Below are positions 29,962 through 39,327 of a stretch of DNA of 64,000 bases, piece by piece. Positions within the stretch are counted from its first letter, which is position 1. Every line of letters begins with the position of its first letter. The position numbers and the translations under genes are program-made. This stretch comes from an uncultured bacterium. GTDB lineage: Bacteria > Cyanobacteriota > Vampirovibrionia > Gastranaerophilales > Gastranaerophilaceae. Location of the stretch: positions 59,315 through 123,314 of the forward strand of contig CACWTN010000007.1 in the NCBI GenBank assembly GCA_902763805.1, in the 5' to 3' direction. The notes below the pieces were generated by a model. The model ran no database searches, had not been told where the DNA came from, and saw only the letters and a list, made by a program, of their open reading frames with translations.

Positions 29962-31167
29962 ATGAAAGTTTTAACCGTACATCCATCTTTTTCTGATATA
30001 AATGCCAGAGGCTCTGAAATAATAGCGCAACAAACCTATTTATTATTAAAAGAGCACGGAGTAGAATCTTACTTTTTTGCAAACGCCGGACAACATTATC
30101 TTGAAAATGAAAATTTTACCAAATATTTTCCGGATACTTCAAAAAAGTTTTCTTTGGAATGGTGGTGGAACACAAAAGCTGAAAAACAAATGGAAAAAAT
30201 GATAGCCGATATTAAACCGGATATCGTACATATTCATGTTACAAACAATTTAACATATTCCATTTTTAGACCTATTATTGAGAAAAATATTCCTATTGTA
30301 ATGACTGTTCATGACCCCGGATTAATTTGTCCTGTAAGACAAGCGTGGAACACAAAAAACAATTCTATTTGTAAGAAATGTAAAGGAATAAATACTCTTC
30401 CGTGTATTGTGAACAATTGTTCGCAAATTCATAAAATGTCTTCTTCTATATATTATGCTATTAGAAGTATTTTAGAGTTTATGTCCGGGTATAATTTTAA
30501 AATTGATAAATTTATAGTTCCAAGCAATGCTCTTGGGAATTTAATTATGTCAAAAGATATACCAAAACATAAAATTATAAAAATTGCTAATTTTTTAGAT
30601 GATATCTTCTTAAAACAAAATCTTCAAAATAATAGACAGGATTATTTTTTATATGCAGGAACTCTTGGTGATTATAAAGGAGTCGACACACTGCTTAATG
30701 CGATTAAAAAACTAGATAAAAACATTCCTTTTAAAATTGTTGGCAGTGGAAAAGATGAAGAAAAATATAAAAACTTCGTAAAAGAAAACAATTTAAAAAA
30801 TGTTGAATTCGTTGGTGCTATTTCTAGAAGTGACATGATAAAAATGTATAAAAATTGTATTTCTGTAGTAGTACCTTCAAATTATTTTGAAATATTTGGT
30901 ATGATAAATATAGAAGCCTTTTCAATGGGTAAACCATCTATAGCTAGTAATATAGGTGGTATGTCAGAAATAGTTCATAGCGGTGTTAATGGGCTACTGT
31001 TTAAACCAGGTGACGAACAAGAACTAGTAAATTGCATTGAATGTTTGTGGACTGATAAAGATTATGCAAACACTCTTGGATATAATGCTAGAAATGATGC
31101 ATTGAGATTATATTCAAAAGAAAGCTATTTTCAAAACTTGTTAAATTTATATCAAACGCTTTTATGA
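29962..31167 (+). CDS. Glycosyltransferase family 4 (GT-B fold)
   Basis: C-terminal EX7E region 'EIFGMINIEAFSMGKPSIASNIGGMSEIV'. The start is taken at MKVLTVHP; the ORF stays open to 29947. Confidence 0.8.
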   Translation: MKVLTVHPSFSDINARGSEIIAQQTYLLLKEHGVESYFFANAGQHYLENENFTKYFPDTSKKFSLEWWWNTKAEKQMEKMIADIKPDIVHIHVTNNLTYSIFRPIIEKNIPIVMTVHDPGLICPVRQAWNTKNNSICKKCKGINTLPCIVNNCSQIHKMSSSIYYAIRSILEFMSGYNFKIDKFIVPSNALGNLIMSKDIPKHKIIKIANFLDDIFLKQNLQNNRQDYFLYAGTLGDYKGVDTLLNAIKKLDKNIPFKIVGSGKDEEKYKNFVKENNLKNVEFVGAISRSDMIKMYKNCISVVVPSNYFEIFGMINIEAFSMGKPSIASNIGGMSEIVHSGVNGLLFKPGDEQELVNCIECLWTDKDYANTLGYNARNDALRLYSKESYFQNLLNLYQTLL

Positions 31168-31183
31168 TATATTATTTTATATT

Positions 31184-32182
31184 TTAAGCTGTTCTTAAAA
31201 AATCTACGAATGTATCCAATTTTTTAATAATATACAAAAGTATTTTTTGAAGATATATCACTTTTTTTTCTAGCCAAGAATTTTTTATGTAAACACATTT
31301 GTATTGAGTTAATTCTTTATATTTGTTAGATATAAGCTTTCCTCTATAATCATCATGAAGCTCTTTTAATGCACTTTTATCATCTTTGAATCTATAATTT
31401 CTCCATCTCTTTGTTACTTGTTCTGGTTTCAATGGAGAATATCCTGAAAAATGGAAAAATATTAATGGTTCTGTATCATTTACATAATATTTTCCATTTT
31501 TCTTACTTATGGTTCTTTCATGCAAATTCCAATGAGCGACATTAAGCCCGAAATTATGGGAAGGAATTATGTTATCAAAAAATATAGGAGAATGCGTCAT
31601 TGGTAATTGATCCACAAAAGCTCCGATATATCTTCTGTTAAAGCAACCTGTCAAAAGTCTGTTTGACCACCATGCTAGCATATTATCAATATTATTGGAT
31701 TTTTTTGTAGCAAGAAAACCAAGATTATATATTCCTGTAGTCATTAATAAATTTTCTACAGTAGGAAATTTATTTTCTTGTACAGGCTTTAATATATGTG
31801 GAGTTAACACGGCGTCATTTGTTTCTAAAATATTTTCCACACAATCTAATTTATCATAAATTACAATATCCGGATCAATATAATATACAAAATCCGCTCC
31901 CATATTGTCATAAATATATCTAAAAATAAACGGTTTAATAGAGGTATTTAACTCTGTAATATCATATTTCTTTTTCATTTGCTCAAATACATCAATAATC
32001 AGTTCATCTACCTCTAAAATATCGCAATGATTAAAAAAAGAATAGTCAATCTGACTGTTTTTTTTGTCACACAAAACAATAATAAACTTATAATCAGGAT
32101 TGGTTTCTTTTATGCTATCTCCCAAAGTTTTAGCCTGTGCTAAATAATTATTTGAACATATTGTAAATACTATTTTTTTCAT
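31184..32182 (-). CDS. Putative nucleotide-diphospho-sugar glycosyltransferase (GT-A-like)
   Basis: N-terminal 'KIVFTICSNNYLAQAKTLGDSI' and 'YIDPDIVIY' (DxD) blocks. Locus context. Confidence 0.45.
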   Translation of the reverse strand: MKKIVFTICSNNYLAQAKTLGDSIKETNPDYKFIIVLCDKKNSQIDYSFFNHCDILEVDELIIDVFEQMKKKYDITELNTSIKPFIFRYIYDNMGADFVYYIDPDIVIYDKLDCVENILETNDAVLTPHILKPVQENKFPTVENLLMTTGIYNLGFLATKKSNNIDNMLAWWSNRLLTGCFNRRYIGAFVDQLPMTHSPIFFDNIIPSHNFGLNVAHWNLHERTISKKNGKYYVNDTEPLIFFHFSGYSPLKPEQVTKRWRNYRFKDDKSALKELHDDYRGKLISNKYKELTQYKCVYIKNSWLEKKVIYLQKILLYIIKKLDTFVDFLRTA

Positions 32183-32960
32183 TATATCCTCTTTGTATAT
32201 ATTCTAAAAAACACAACCAATAATAAATTGGTATTGTTGTAATTTGTCTTTTAAATCTTGCTCTTGGTTCTTTTATTAATCTGTAAAGCCACTCATTTCC
32301 TGTCTTTTTGAAAAAGCTAGGTGCTCTATTAACCTTCCCTGCAATGAAATCAAATGAACCGCCAAGTCCTATCGCTATTTTTACACCAATTTCATTTAAA
32401 AAATCTTGGTGCTCATGTATCCATAACTCTTCTTTTGGTACACCAAAAGCAACACATACTACATCCGGTTTAAATTCTCTTAAAATATTCATTATTTTTT
32501 TATCTTCATCTTCTGAAAATTTAAGAGATTTAACGTACGGAGGGGAATAGTTTTCTACTTCAAGTCCTTCATATAACTCTTTCAGTTTAATCTTTGCCTG
32601 TTGAGAAACATTTTCTGCAGAACCTAGTATGAAATACTTTTTATTATTATCTTTACATATCTCAGCAATTTTGTATGCTAAATCAGAACCGCAAACTCTG
32701 TGTATGCCGCTTATACCATACCATTTTAAGACATTAAGTATTCCAACACCGTCAATAGTATTCAACTTTGATACATTATTAACATAATCTTTAAGTTCTT
32801 CATTGTGTTGCGCTAACATTATAAATTCCAAGTTTACTGTTGCTATACTATGTACTCTCTCAGAAGAACATAAATATTGTTTAATTAAATCAAGGGTTTG
32901 TTTAGTATTATACAAATGAACTTTTATTCCCAAAATAGAAAAAGTTTTTTTTTCTGTCAT
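32148..32960 (-). CDS. WecB/TagA/CpsF-family glycosyltransferase (GT26)
   Basis: 'ATVNLEFIMLA', 'GSDL' and 'VCVAFGVPKEELWI' blocks of GT26. The start at 32960 has an AAGGAA RBS. The ORF stays open to 32984. Confidence 0.75.
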   Translation of the reverse strand: MTEKKTFSILGIKVHLYNTKQTLDLIKQYLCSSERVHSIATVNLEFIMLAQHNEELKDYVNNVSKLNTIDGVGILNVLKWYGISGIHRVCGSDLAYKIAEICKDNNKKYFILGSAENVSQQAKIKLKELYEGLEVENYSPPYVKSLKFSEDEDKKIMNILREFKPDVVCVAFGVPKEELWIHEHQDFLNEIGVKIAIGLGGSFDFIAGKVNRAPSFFKKTGNEWLYRLIKEPRARFKRQITTIPIYYWLCFLEYIQRGYNEKNSIYNMFK

Positions 32961-32980
32961 AAGTCGTTCCTTATAAAACA

Positions 32981-34018
32981 TCACGCTATAACTAGTTGGG
33001 TTTGATATCTTTCAATATCTTTTTCTACCATCATCTTGCACAAGCCTTCATAAGAAACTTTTCTTTCCCAGCCAAGGATTTTATGTGCTTTAGAAGGATC
33101 GCCGATAAGGAGTTCAACCTCTGCCGGTCTGAAAAATTTAGGATTGACTTTTACAACGGTCTTGCCTGTTTTCTTATCTATACCGACTTCATTTACTCCT
33201 TCGCCTTGCCATTCAATATCAAATCCTGCATATTTACCGGCAAGTGTTGCAAAATCTCTAATCGGATGAGTTTGACCAGTTGAAAGAACGTAAGTATCAG
33301 GTTTTTCCTGCTGTAACATCAGCCACATACCTTCAACATAATCTCCTGCAAATCCCCAGTCACGTTTTGCATCAAGGTTGCCGAGTTCTAAAGGCTTATC
33401 GGTCAAACCTAATGCTAACTGTGCAAAGTGATCTGATATTTTTCTTGTGACAAACTCTTTTCCTCTCATTGGAGATTCGTGGTTAAACAGAATGCCTGAG
33501 CAAGCAAATACACCAAAGCTTTCTCTGTAGTTAACACTCATCCAGTGTGCCATTAGTTTTGCACAACCGTATGGTGAGCGAGGATAAAACGGGGTTGTTT
33601 CTTTTTGAGGTATTTCCTGAACTTTACCAAACATCTCAGAAGTTGATGCCTGATAAAATCTTGTCTTTGGTGAAAACTCTCTTATGGCTTCCAAAATATA
33701 AACAACACCCATTCCGTCAGCTTGCGCTGTGTAAATCGGTTCAGACCAGGAAGCTGCAACAAAAGACTGTGCTGCTAAATTATAAAATTCATCCGGCTGA
33801 TAGTTTTTAAGCAATCTGCATATATTTGAAAATTCCAGCAATTCAAAATCAACAAGCTCAACCTGTTCATAGATGCCGTGTTCTTTTAGTTTAGAAAAAG
33901 TATCAGTTGCTCCGCGTCTGTATAAACCTATTACTCTGTATCCTTTTTCAAGTAAGAATTTTGCCAAGTATCCGCCGTCTTGTCCGGTAATCCCCGTAAT
34001 CATTGCTGTTTTTGTCAT
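32981..34018 (-). CDS. gmd: GDP-mannose 4,6-dehydratase
   Basis: 'ITGITGQDGGYLAKFLLEKGY', 'QASTSEMFG', 'PYGCAKL' (YxxxK) and 'GILFNHESPMRG'. The start at 34018 has an AAGGAG RBS. Confidence 0.92.
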   Translation of the reverse strand: MTKTAMITGITGQDGGYLAKFLLEKGYRVIGLYRRGATDTFSKLKEHGIYEQVELVDFELLEFSNICRLLKNYQPDEFYNLAAQSFVAASWSEPIYTAQADGMGVVYILEAIREFSPKTRFYQASTSEMFGKVQEIPQKETTPFYPRSPYGCAKLMAHWMSVNYRESFGVFACSGILFNHESPMRGKEFVTRKISDHFAQLALGLTDKPLELGNLDAKRDWGFAGDYVEGMWLMLQQEKPDTYVLSTGQTHPIRDFATLAGKYAGFDIEWQGEGVNEVGIDKKTGKTVVKVNPKFFRPAEVELLIGDPSKAHKILGWERKVSYEGLCKMMVEKDIERYQTQLVIA

Positions 34019-34040
34019 GTTATTTTCTCCTTTTATTGTT

Positions 34041-35390
34041 CTATTCATGTCTTCCTCCGAGAGCTAAAAAAACCGCTTTCACGAGAATAAATATTTCCCA
34101 AAGTATATTTCTGTTTTTTAAATAATACAAATCATATTGCAATTTTTCTGTAACATCATCATTATTAACACAATGTCCTTGATTAATCTGTGCCCAGCCG
34201 GTCCAACCCGTTTTTATCCACATTCTGCTGTTATAATAGGGGATTTCTTTTATATATATTTTAACCAAATCCTCCCATTCGGCCCTTGGACCTACTATAG
34301 ATATTTCGCCTTTTAAAATGTTTATCATCTGAGGGATCTCGTCAAACCTTGCTTTTCTAATCCATTTGCAGAAAGGGATTACTCTATCATCATTTATTTT
34401 TCCCGTGTCTTCGTTTATTTTTCCAGCCTTTGGCACATAGTCATTTGCATACATAGTACGAAGTTTGTAACACTTGAACACCTTTCCATCCATACCAACT
34501 CTTAGTTGAGTATAAATAGGATTTTTGTGATCTGTTAACCAAACTCTTAGTGCTGTAAAACCTGTAATCGGGAGCGTAACTGTTAAAATAATTAGTGCTG
34601 CGATAATATCATAACAACGTTTACAAAAATCATACACTCTGGATTTGTGAATTATATATTGATAATGAAGTTCGGTTATAGTTTTTTCATCTATATAATA
34701 TTTGCCTGTTACCATTTCATAAAATTCAGGCATTTTATAAATTGCAATATCGCTCGGTAATGTAAGAATAAGTTCTGTTGCCTGTGCAATAACAACAATA
34801 TCAACATCTTTATCATTAATAATTGATTTTAAATCCGTTACATTTTTATAAATTGGAACTTTTGCATCAGCAACTATTTCTTCATCGGTTTCGTTTTCCT
34901 GAACAAAACCAACAACCTTCATTCTTAATACTTTATGAGCTTCTATCTCATCTGCAATAATCTTTGCTCTTTCATCCGTACCAAGAATTAAAATATTTTT
35001 TTCTTTTTTGATCTTAAAGAGGTACAAATGAAACAAATCTCTGTATAATCTTAAAACAACAAATATTGTCAGAATGTTTACTGCTAAAAATTTTAGTGTT
35101 GACGTTATTGATGCGGCAAAAAATAACAAATACACAGCCGGCAGAACATGCGTCATTACAATACCTTCAAAAAGCAAATATGCGTTTTTTATATTCGTAT
35201 TAAACTCTCTGATTTTATAATTTCCTTTTAAATATAAAACCGCAATACCGACCAAAACAATTATTGTACACAAAAGCATTCTCGCTTTTGGAGTGTAGCC
35301 AAAACAATACGACCATACAAATGTTGAGGCAAATATTGTCATTAAATCAAAAATAAACATATAAGTTGTGGATTTTGACAAACTTCTCAT
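34041..35390 (-). CDS. Initiating undecaprenyl-phosphate sugar-phosphate transferase (bacterial sugar transferase family, WbaP/EpsL-like)
   Basis: N-terminal TM block. The C-terminal domain has 'KRCYDIIAALIILTVTLPI', 'FKCYKLRTMY' and 'DEIPQMINILKGEISIVGPR'. The start at 35390 has an AAGGAG RBS. Confidence 0.85.
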   Translation of the reverse strand: MRSLSKSTTYMFIFDLMTIFASTFVWSYCFGYTPKARMLLCTIIVLVGIAVLYLKGNYKIREFNTNIKNAYLLFEGIVMTHVLPAVYLLFFAASITSTLKFLAVNILTIFVVLRLYRDLFHLYLFKIKKEKNILILGTDERAKIIADEIEAHKVLRMKVVGFVQENETDEEIVADAKVPIYKNVTDLKSIINDKDVDIVVIAQATELILTLPSDIAIYKMPEFYEMVTGKYYIDEKTITELHYQYIIHKSRVYDFCKRCYDIIAALIILTVTLPITGFTALRVWLTDHKNPIYTQLRVGMDGKVFKCYKLRTMYANDYVPKAGKINEDTGKINDDRVIPFCKWIRKARFDEIPQMINILKGEISIVGPRAEWEDLVKIYIKEIPYYNSRMWIKTGWTGWAQINQGHCVNNDDVTEKLQYDLYYLKNRNILWEIFILVKAVFLALGGRHE

Positions 35391-35473
35391 TTCAGACTCC
35401 TTCTTATACTTGTTATTTATCATGAACATCTTCAAAAATCCACATAACAAATAAAATGTATATTTACAAAGTT

Positions 35474-35500
35474 AAAAAAAGCAGATATTTGTTTATCTGC
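35474..35500 (-). terminator. Rho-independent terminator (or attenuator) downstream of wzz
   Basis: On the minus strand: stem GCAGATA, 6-nt loop, TATCTGC, followed by T7. Confidence 0.6.
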
Positions 35501-35519
35501 TTTCTATCAAAAAATATTC

Positions 35520-36881
35520 TTATAATAAAATATCATATATTATTTCTTTTTGCTGCTTTTTAATAATATTTTTTATCTGTTTGTATGACTCAGAACTTGT
35601 ACTCTGAATCTTCGATATTAACACTACGTTATCTGCAGAAGCAATTTTATTTACAAAATCCTCTGACAAATCTGCATAAATCAACTCAGTATTTGGTAAT
35701 GATTTAAGGTTTAAAATTAAGTCCTGAGGCAGCTGTTCCAAAGAAACTATGAGAACTTGTTGTTTTGTATAACCCAGCAGGTCGGCTCTTACAGAATCGA
35801 GATTTTTTGTACAGTCATATATAATATTGTTACCAATCATTGAATAAGTTAACTTGTCATTTTTAATTTCAACAAATACCAGTGTTGATAATGCTGCAAG
35901 ATATCCGAGAATACAACCGATTATTATATTTATCATTAATTTCGGTGATGAGTTTTCGAACGGTCTTGGCAAAATCGGTTCGCTAATTACTAAAACCTTT
36001 GATGCATCTGACATTTGTTCAACCATTTTTGCCCACTCAAGTTTTGTTGCAAGCTGGGCTAATTTCTGACTTTCTTCTGTTACGGCAATTTGAGAGCGTT
36101 CACCTGCTACATATTGGCTTTTGATATTACCCATTGCCTGTGATGCTGAGCGGGAAAAAGCACTCATAGCGGATAAATTTCCGATTCCGCTAACTGCCTG
36201 TACAGGAATACCTGATGATTGGTTTAATCTTTTGTTTAAATCTTGTTTTATTTTTGCGTATTCCGCTTCAATTATCTTTTTGTCTGATTTTGATTTTTCT
36301 GCGTTAAGCTCTTTGTGTAAATCAATATAGTTAGTTATCAGAGATGCTACTACACCATAAGCCAATTTTGGACTCTTTGAAGTATATTCTACTTTTATAA
36401 CATTTGTATTTTTTTCATTTTCAATTTTTAAAATTTTTCCCTTACCGTAAAAAGCTTTTGCAGGTACGTATTCACCCTCTCTTTTGTTTGGAATAAATCC
36501 GTATTTTTTCTTGAACACAATGTTATTATCTTTTATAACTTTATCCAACACTAATGCTGATTTCATCAGCTCAATTTCGTTATTAATCGCCTTATCAGCA
36601 CCCATTGTAACCATAGAACCGGTTGCTTCACTTAAAACATAAGGGTTTACTTCTATCATGTTTGAGCTGTTTGATTTGTTTATATATAAATCGGCTGTGA
36701 CTGTATATTTTTTTGGCAGGATGAAAGTAAGTAATATAAAGAACACCAAAATAGAACAAAATACTATTAACAATAAAGTTTTCCTGCTCCATATTGTTTT
36801 CCATAACTTTTCAATGTTTATATTAAAATCTTCATCCAAATCTTCTGACGGATTATAGAATACGACGTTTTCCTGCTGCAT
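35520..36881 (-). CDS. wzz: Wzz-like polysaccharide co-polymerase (chain-length determinant)
   Basis: The N-terminal 'LWKTIWSRKTLLLIVFCSILVFFILL' TM follows a Wzz-type motif. A long helical periplasmic region is followed by a second TM ('INIIIGCILGYLAALSTLVFV'). No kinase Walker motifs are present. Confidence 0.65.
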   Translation of the reverse strand: MQQENVVFYNPSEDLDEDFNINIEKLWKTIWSRKTLLLIVFCSILVFFILLTFILPKKYTVTADLYINKSNSSNMIEVNPYVLSEATGSMVTMGADKAINNEIELMKSALVLDKVIKDNNIVFKKKYGFIPNKREGEYVPAKAFYGKGKILKIENEKNTNVIKVEYTSKSPKLAYGVVASLITNYIDLHKELNAEKSKSDKKIIEAEYAKIKQDLNKRLNQSSGIPVQAVSGIGNLSAMSAFSRSASQAMGNIKSQYVAGERSQIAVTEESQKLAQLATKLEWAKMVEQMSDASKVLVISEPILPRPFENSSPKLMINIIIGCILGYLAALSTLVFVEIKNDKLTYSMIGNNIIYDCTKNLDSVRADLLGYTKQQVLIVSLEQLPQDLILNLKSLPNTELIYADLSEDFVNKIASADNVVLISKIQSTSSESYKQIKNIIKKQQKEIIYDILL

Positions 36882-36899
36882 TTATTTTTACTCCTTTTA

Positions 36900-38288
36900 T
36901 TATACCCTTCCGTAGCAATCTTCATATCTGATTATATCATCTTCAGAAAGATAATCACCCTGCTGAACCTCAATAATTTTCAGTTCTTCACCGTATGGAT
37001 TTTGCAAAGAATGGATTGCGCCAACCGGTATATCAATACTTCCTCCTGCATCAATATTATATTGTTTACCGTCTTTCAGAACCAAAGCTTTTCCTTCTAG
37101 AACAACCCAATGTTCGGAACGGTGTTTGTGAGATTGTACAGAAAGTTTTTGTCCCGGAAGCACACAAATTGTTTTTGTTAAATACCCTTTTCCGCCGTTC
37201 ATACAGGTGTAATATCCCCAGGGTCTGAAAACGGTTTTATGAAGTTTTGTTGTATCGCTTTCGGCTGTTTTCAGTTTCTCGTAAAGTTTTTTAACATTCT
37301 GTGATTCGTCCATTTTACATGCCATTATCGCATCTTCCGTTTCCACGAGAATAATATCTTCCAAGCCGGAAACAGCCACTATTTCTTTTTGCGAATAAAT
37401 GAATGAGTTTTTAACGTTATCTACAACAACTTTTCCTGTTAATACATTGCCGTCTTTGTCTTTTTCTTTAACGTTGTATATAGACTGCCAGGAGCCTAAA
37501 TCGTTCCAATCGGAAAGCAATTCTACCAGCGCAATTTTATCCGATTTTTCCATAACAGCATAGTCAATAGATATTGACGGCATTTTATCATATAACATGT
37601 ATGGTATTTTTGACTCTTTTGTAAAATCCAAATCCGAAAGATTTTTGTAAATATCCGGTGCAAATTTTTCTATCTCTTTCATAAATACTGAGATTTTGCC
37701 CATAAATATTCCGCCGTTCCAGTAATAATCTCCGCTTGCCAGGTATTTTTCTGCGGTCTTAATATCAGGTTTTTCAACAAATTTTTCAACTTTATACCCG
37801 CCGGACAAAGATTTGTCTGTCTTAATATATCCATAACCTGTTTCAGGATAATTCGGCTTGATACCAAATGTAACAATATATCCCTGTTCTGCAAGAACTT
37901 TTCCTTTTTCAACGGTTTTTGCAAATGCTTCAGTATTTTTTATCAAATGATCGGAAGGAACAATAAGAACAATATCGTCACCCGAGCCGGTTTGTATAAA
38001 ATATTCAAGCGTTGATGCAATTGCAGGTGCCGTATTTTTGCCAATTGGCTCACCTATTACAACATTTGCTTTATCAATTTTATTTAGCTGAAGTTTGATA
38101 TTTTGGTAATGCTTTACATTTGTTATGGTTACAATTTCGGATGGCATAGAGAAAACACATAATCTGTTAAAAGTCTTTTGGAGTAAACTCTCTTTTTCAT
38201 CAAATGATAATAGCTGTTTTGGATACTCTTCTCTTGACAAGGGCCACAATCTGCTTCCGCTTCCGCCTGCTAAAATAATGCTTTTCAT
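36900..38288 (-). CDS. manC: Mannose-1-phosphate guanylyltransferase / mannose-6-phosphate isomerase (type II PMI)
   Basis: 'ILAGGSGSRLWPLSR' nucleotidyltransferase motif. C-terminal cupin 'SVQSHKHRSEHWVVLEG'. The start at 38288 has a GAGGGAAG RBS. Confidence 0.9.
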   Translation of the reverse strand: MKSIILAGGSGSRLWPLSREEYPKQLLSFDEKESLLQKTFNRLCVFSMPSEIVTITNVKHYQNIKLQLNKIDKANVVIGEPIGKNTAPAIASTLEYFIQTGSGDDIVLIVPSDHLIKNTEAFAKTVEKGKVLAEQGYIVTFGIKPNYPETGYGYIKTDKSLSGGYKVEKFVEKPDIKTAEKYLASGDYYWNGGIFMGKISVFMKEIEKFAPDIYKNLSDLDFTKESKIPYMLYDKMPSISIDYAVMEKSDKIALVELLSDWNDLGSWQSIYNVKEKDKDGNVLTGKVVVDNVKNSFIYSQKEIVAVSGLEDIILVETEDAIMACKMDESQNVKKLYEKLKTAESDTTKLHKTVFRPWGYYTCMNGGKGYLTKTICVLPGQKLSVQSHKHRSEHWVVLEGKALVLKDGKQYNIDAGGSIDIPVGAIHSLQNPYGEELKIIEVQQGDYLSEDDIIRYEDCYGRV

Positions 38289-38333
38289 TAACTTCCCTCG
38301 CATAAAACTCGTACACTAATTTATTGCTACTAC

Positions 38334-38362
38334 ATTATATTACAAGCATGAAAATTGTACAA
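38334..38362 (-). promoter_or_regulatory. Candidate sigma70-type promoter of the manC-led polysaccharide operon
   Basis: Minus strand TTGTAC-N17-TATAAT. The -35 element sits inside a 14-bp perfect palindrome, AAATTGTACAATTT. Confidence 0.45.
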
Positions 38363-38416
38363 TTTCATAAACAAAAGAAATTGACACACCACCTGATATG
38401 TTGAAAATAATCCTGA

Positions 38417-39190
38417 TTAAAGTTCAAGTTTCGGTAAATCAGCGCTGAATGGTTCAAGTTCTTTGCGCATAAGTTCCTGACTGCGTCTTTTGACAGAACG
38501 AAAGATATTTCTTGTAGTTGCTTTCATTGGCACAATCAAATCTTTCGGTGCATCAAAATTACCAATCACATAAGCATTGTCATTTTTTCTCTGTATTCGT
38601 CTCTGCCTGTTTGAAAGAGGCTGGAATCCCATCTTTTTGTAAAACTCCATTGCAAAAGATTTTTCGGGAATTTCCGAACGGACATAACACTGTTTAAATC
38701 CGTCTTTTAATAGGGTGTGGAAAAATTCGCATACAACAACTTTTCCCTCGCCAAGAATTTTCTTGTTCCAAGTTGCAAGCCAATCCAGCTCCGTTTCATC
38801 AACGGAATGATTTTTCCTGCTCGAATACTGAAATCTTCCGTTTTTATCTATTTTTAAAGTATTTCCGATTAATATCGCACTCGGTTCTTCATCAGAAAAT
38901 GCCAAAAGAACTTTTGCTTTATCCTCTTTATATTTTGTCTCGGAAAGGATTGCGGCTCCTGCATCAAATGCTTCTTTTATAACTTGTTTTGCAGATTCGT
39001 TATTTACCTCGTATTTTTTATAAAACTGCTCAATATTTGCAGAAATATTTTTCAGATAACCGATATCCTTCTTTTCAAGACTGTAAACGACAACATTTTT
39101 TGCTTTGTCGTTCAGATAACCGTATTTTGCCAAAGGTATCGCCCCAAATGCGGTATTTGTATTGTATGTCCTATTACAATTAATCTTCAT
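38417..39190 (-). CDS. Hypothetical protein with a GNAT-like acetyltransferase C-terminal half
   Basis: 'ILGEGKVVVCEFFHTLLKDGFKQCYVRSE...AMEFYKKMGFQP' resembles GNAT motif A/B. The N-terminal half is uncharacterised. Confidence 0.35.
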   Translation of the reverse strand: MKINCNRTYNTNTAFGAIPLAKYGYLNDKAKNVVVYSLEKKDIGYLKNISANIEQFYKKYEVNNESAKQVIKEAFDAGAAILSETKYKEDKAKVLLAFSDEEPSAILIGNTLKIDKNGRFQYSSRKNHSVDETELDWLATWNKKILGEGKVVVCEFFHTLLKDGFKQCYVRSEIPEKSFAMEFYKKMGFQPLSNRQRRIQRKNDNAYVIGNFDAPKDLIVPMKATTRNIFRSVKRRSQELMRKELEPFSADLPKLEL

Positions 39191-39265
39191 ATATAAATAA
39201 GAAAACGCCTGAAAAATAATTTTGCTGTTTAATTTTTCAGATTAAAACTACACTGTTTACATCAT

Positions 39266-39294
39266 TTACAGGGATTATCCCGATATGATATAAT
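39266..39294 (+). promoter_or_regulatory. Candidate promoter of the helicase-nuclease gene
   Basis: TTACAG-N17-TATAAT with a TG-extended -10 (TGATATAAT). An AAGGGAG RBS lies before the ATG at 39328. Confidence 0.45.
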
Positions 39295-39327
39295 ACCTTA
39301 TTATATATAAGTACAAAGGGAGATAAG

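Noticed and set aside
38417-39190. A shared N-terminal aromatic-Gly/Lys motif in several hypothetical proteins (FGA at 38417..39190, FKA at 9992..10396, FFG at 45485..46849, YG at 57861..58361) acting as a common targeting signal. Also, the GNAT-like protein acting as a toxin of a GNAT/RHH toxin-antitoxin pair.
   Set aside because: The motif is too short and degenerate to distinguish from chance without proteome-wide statistics. No small antitoxin-like ORF is adjacent to the GNAT-like gene.
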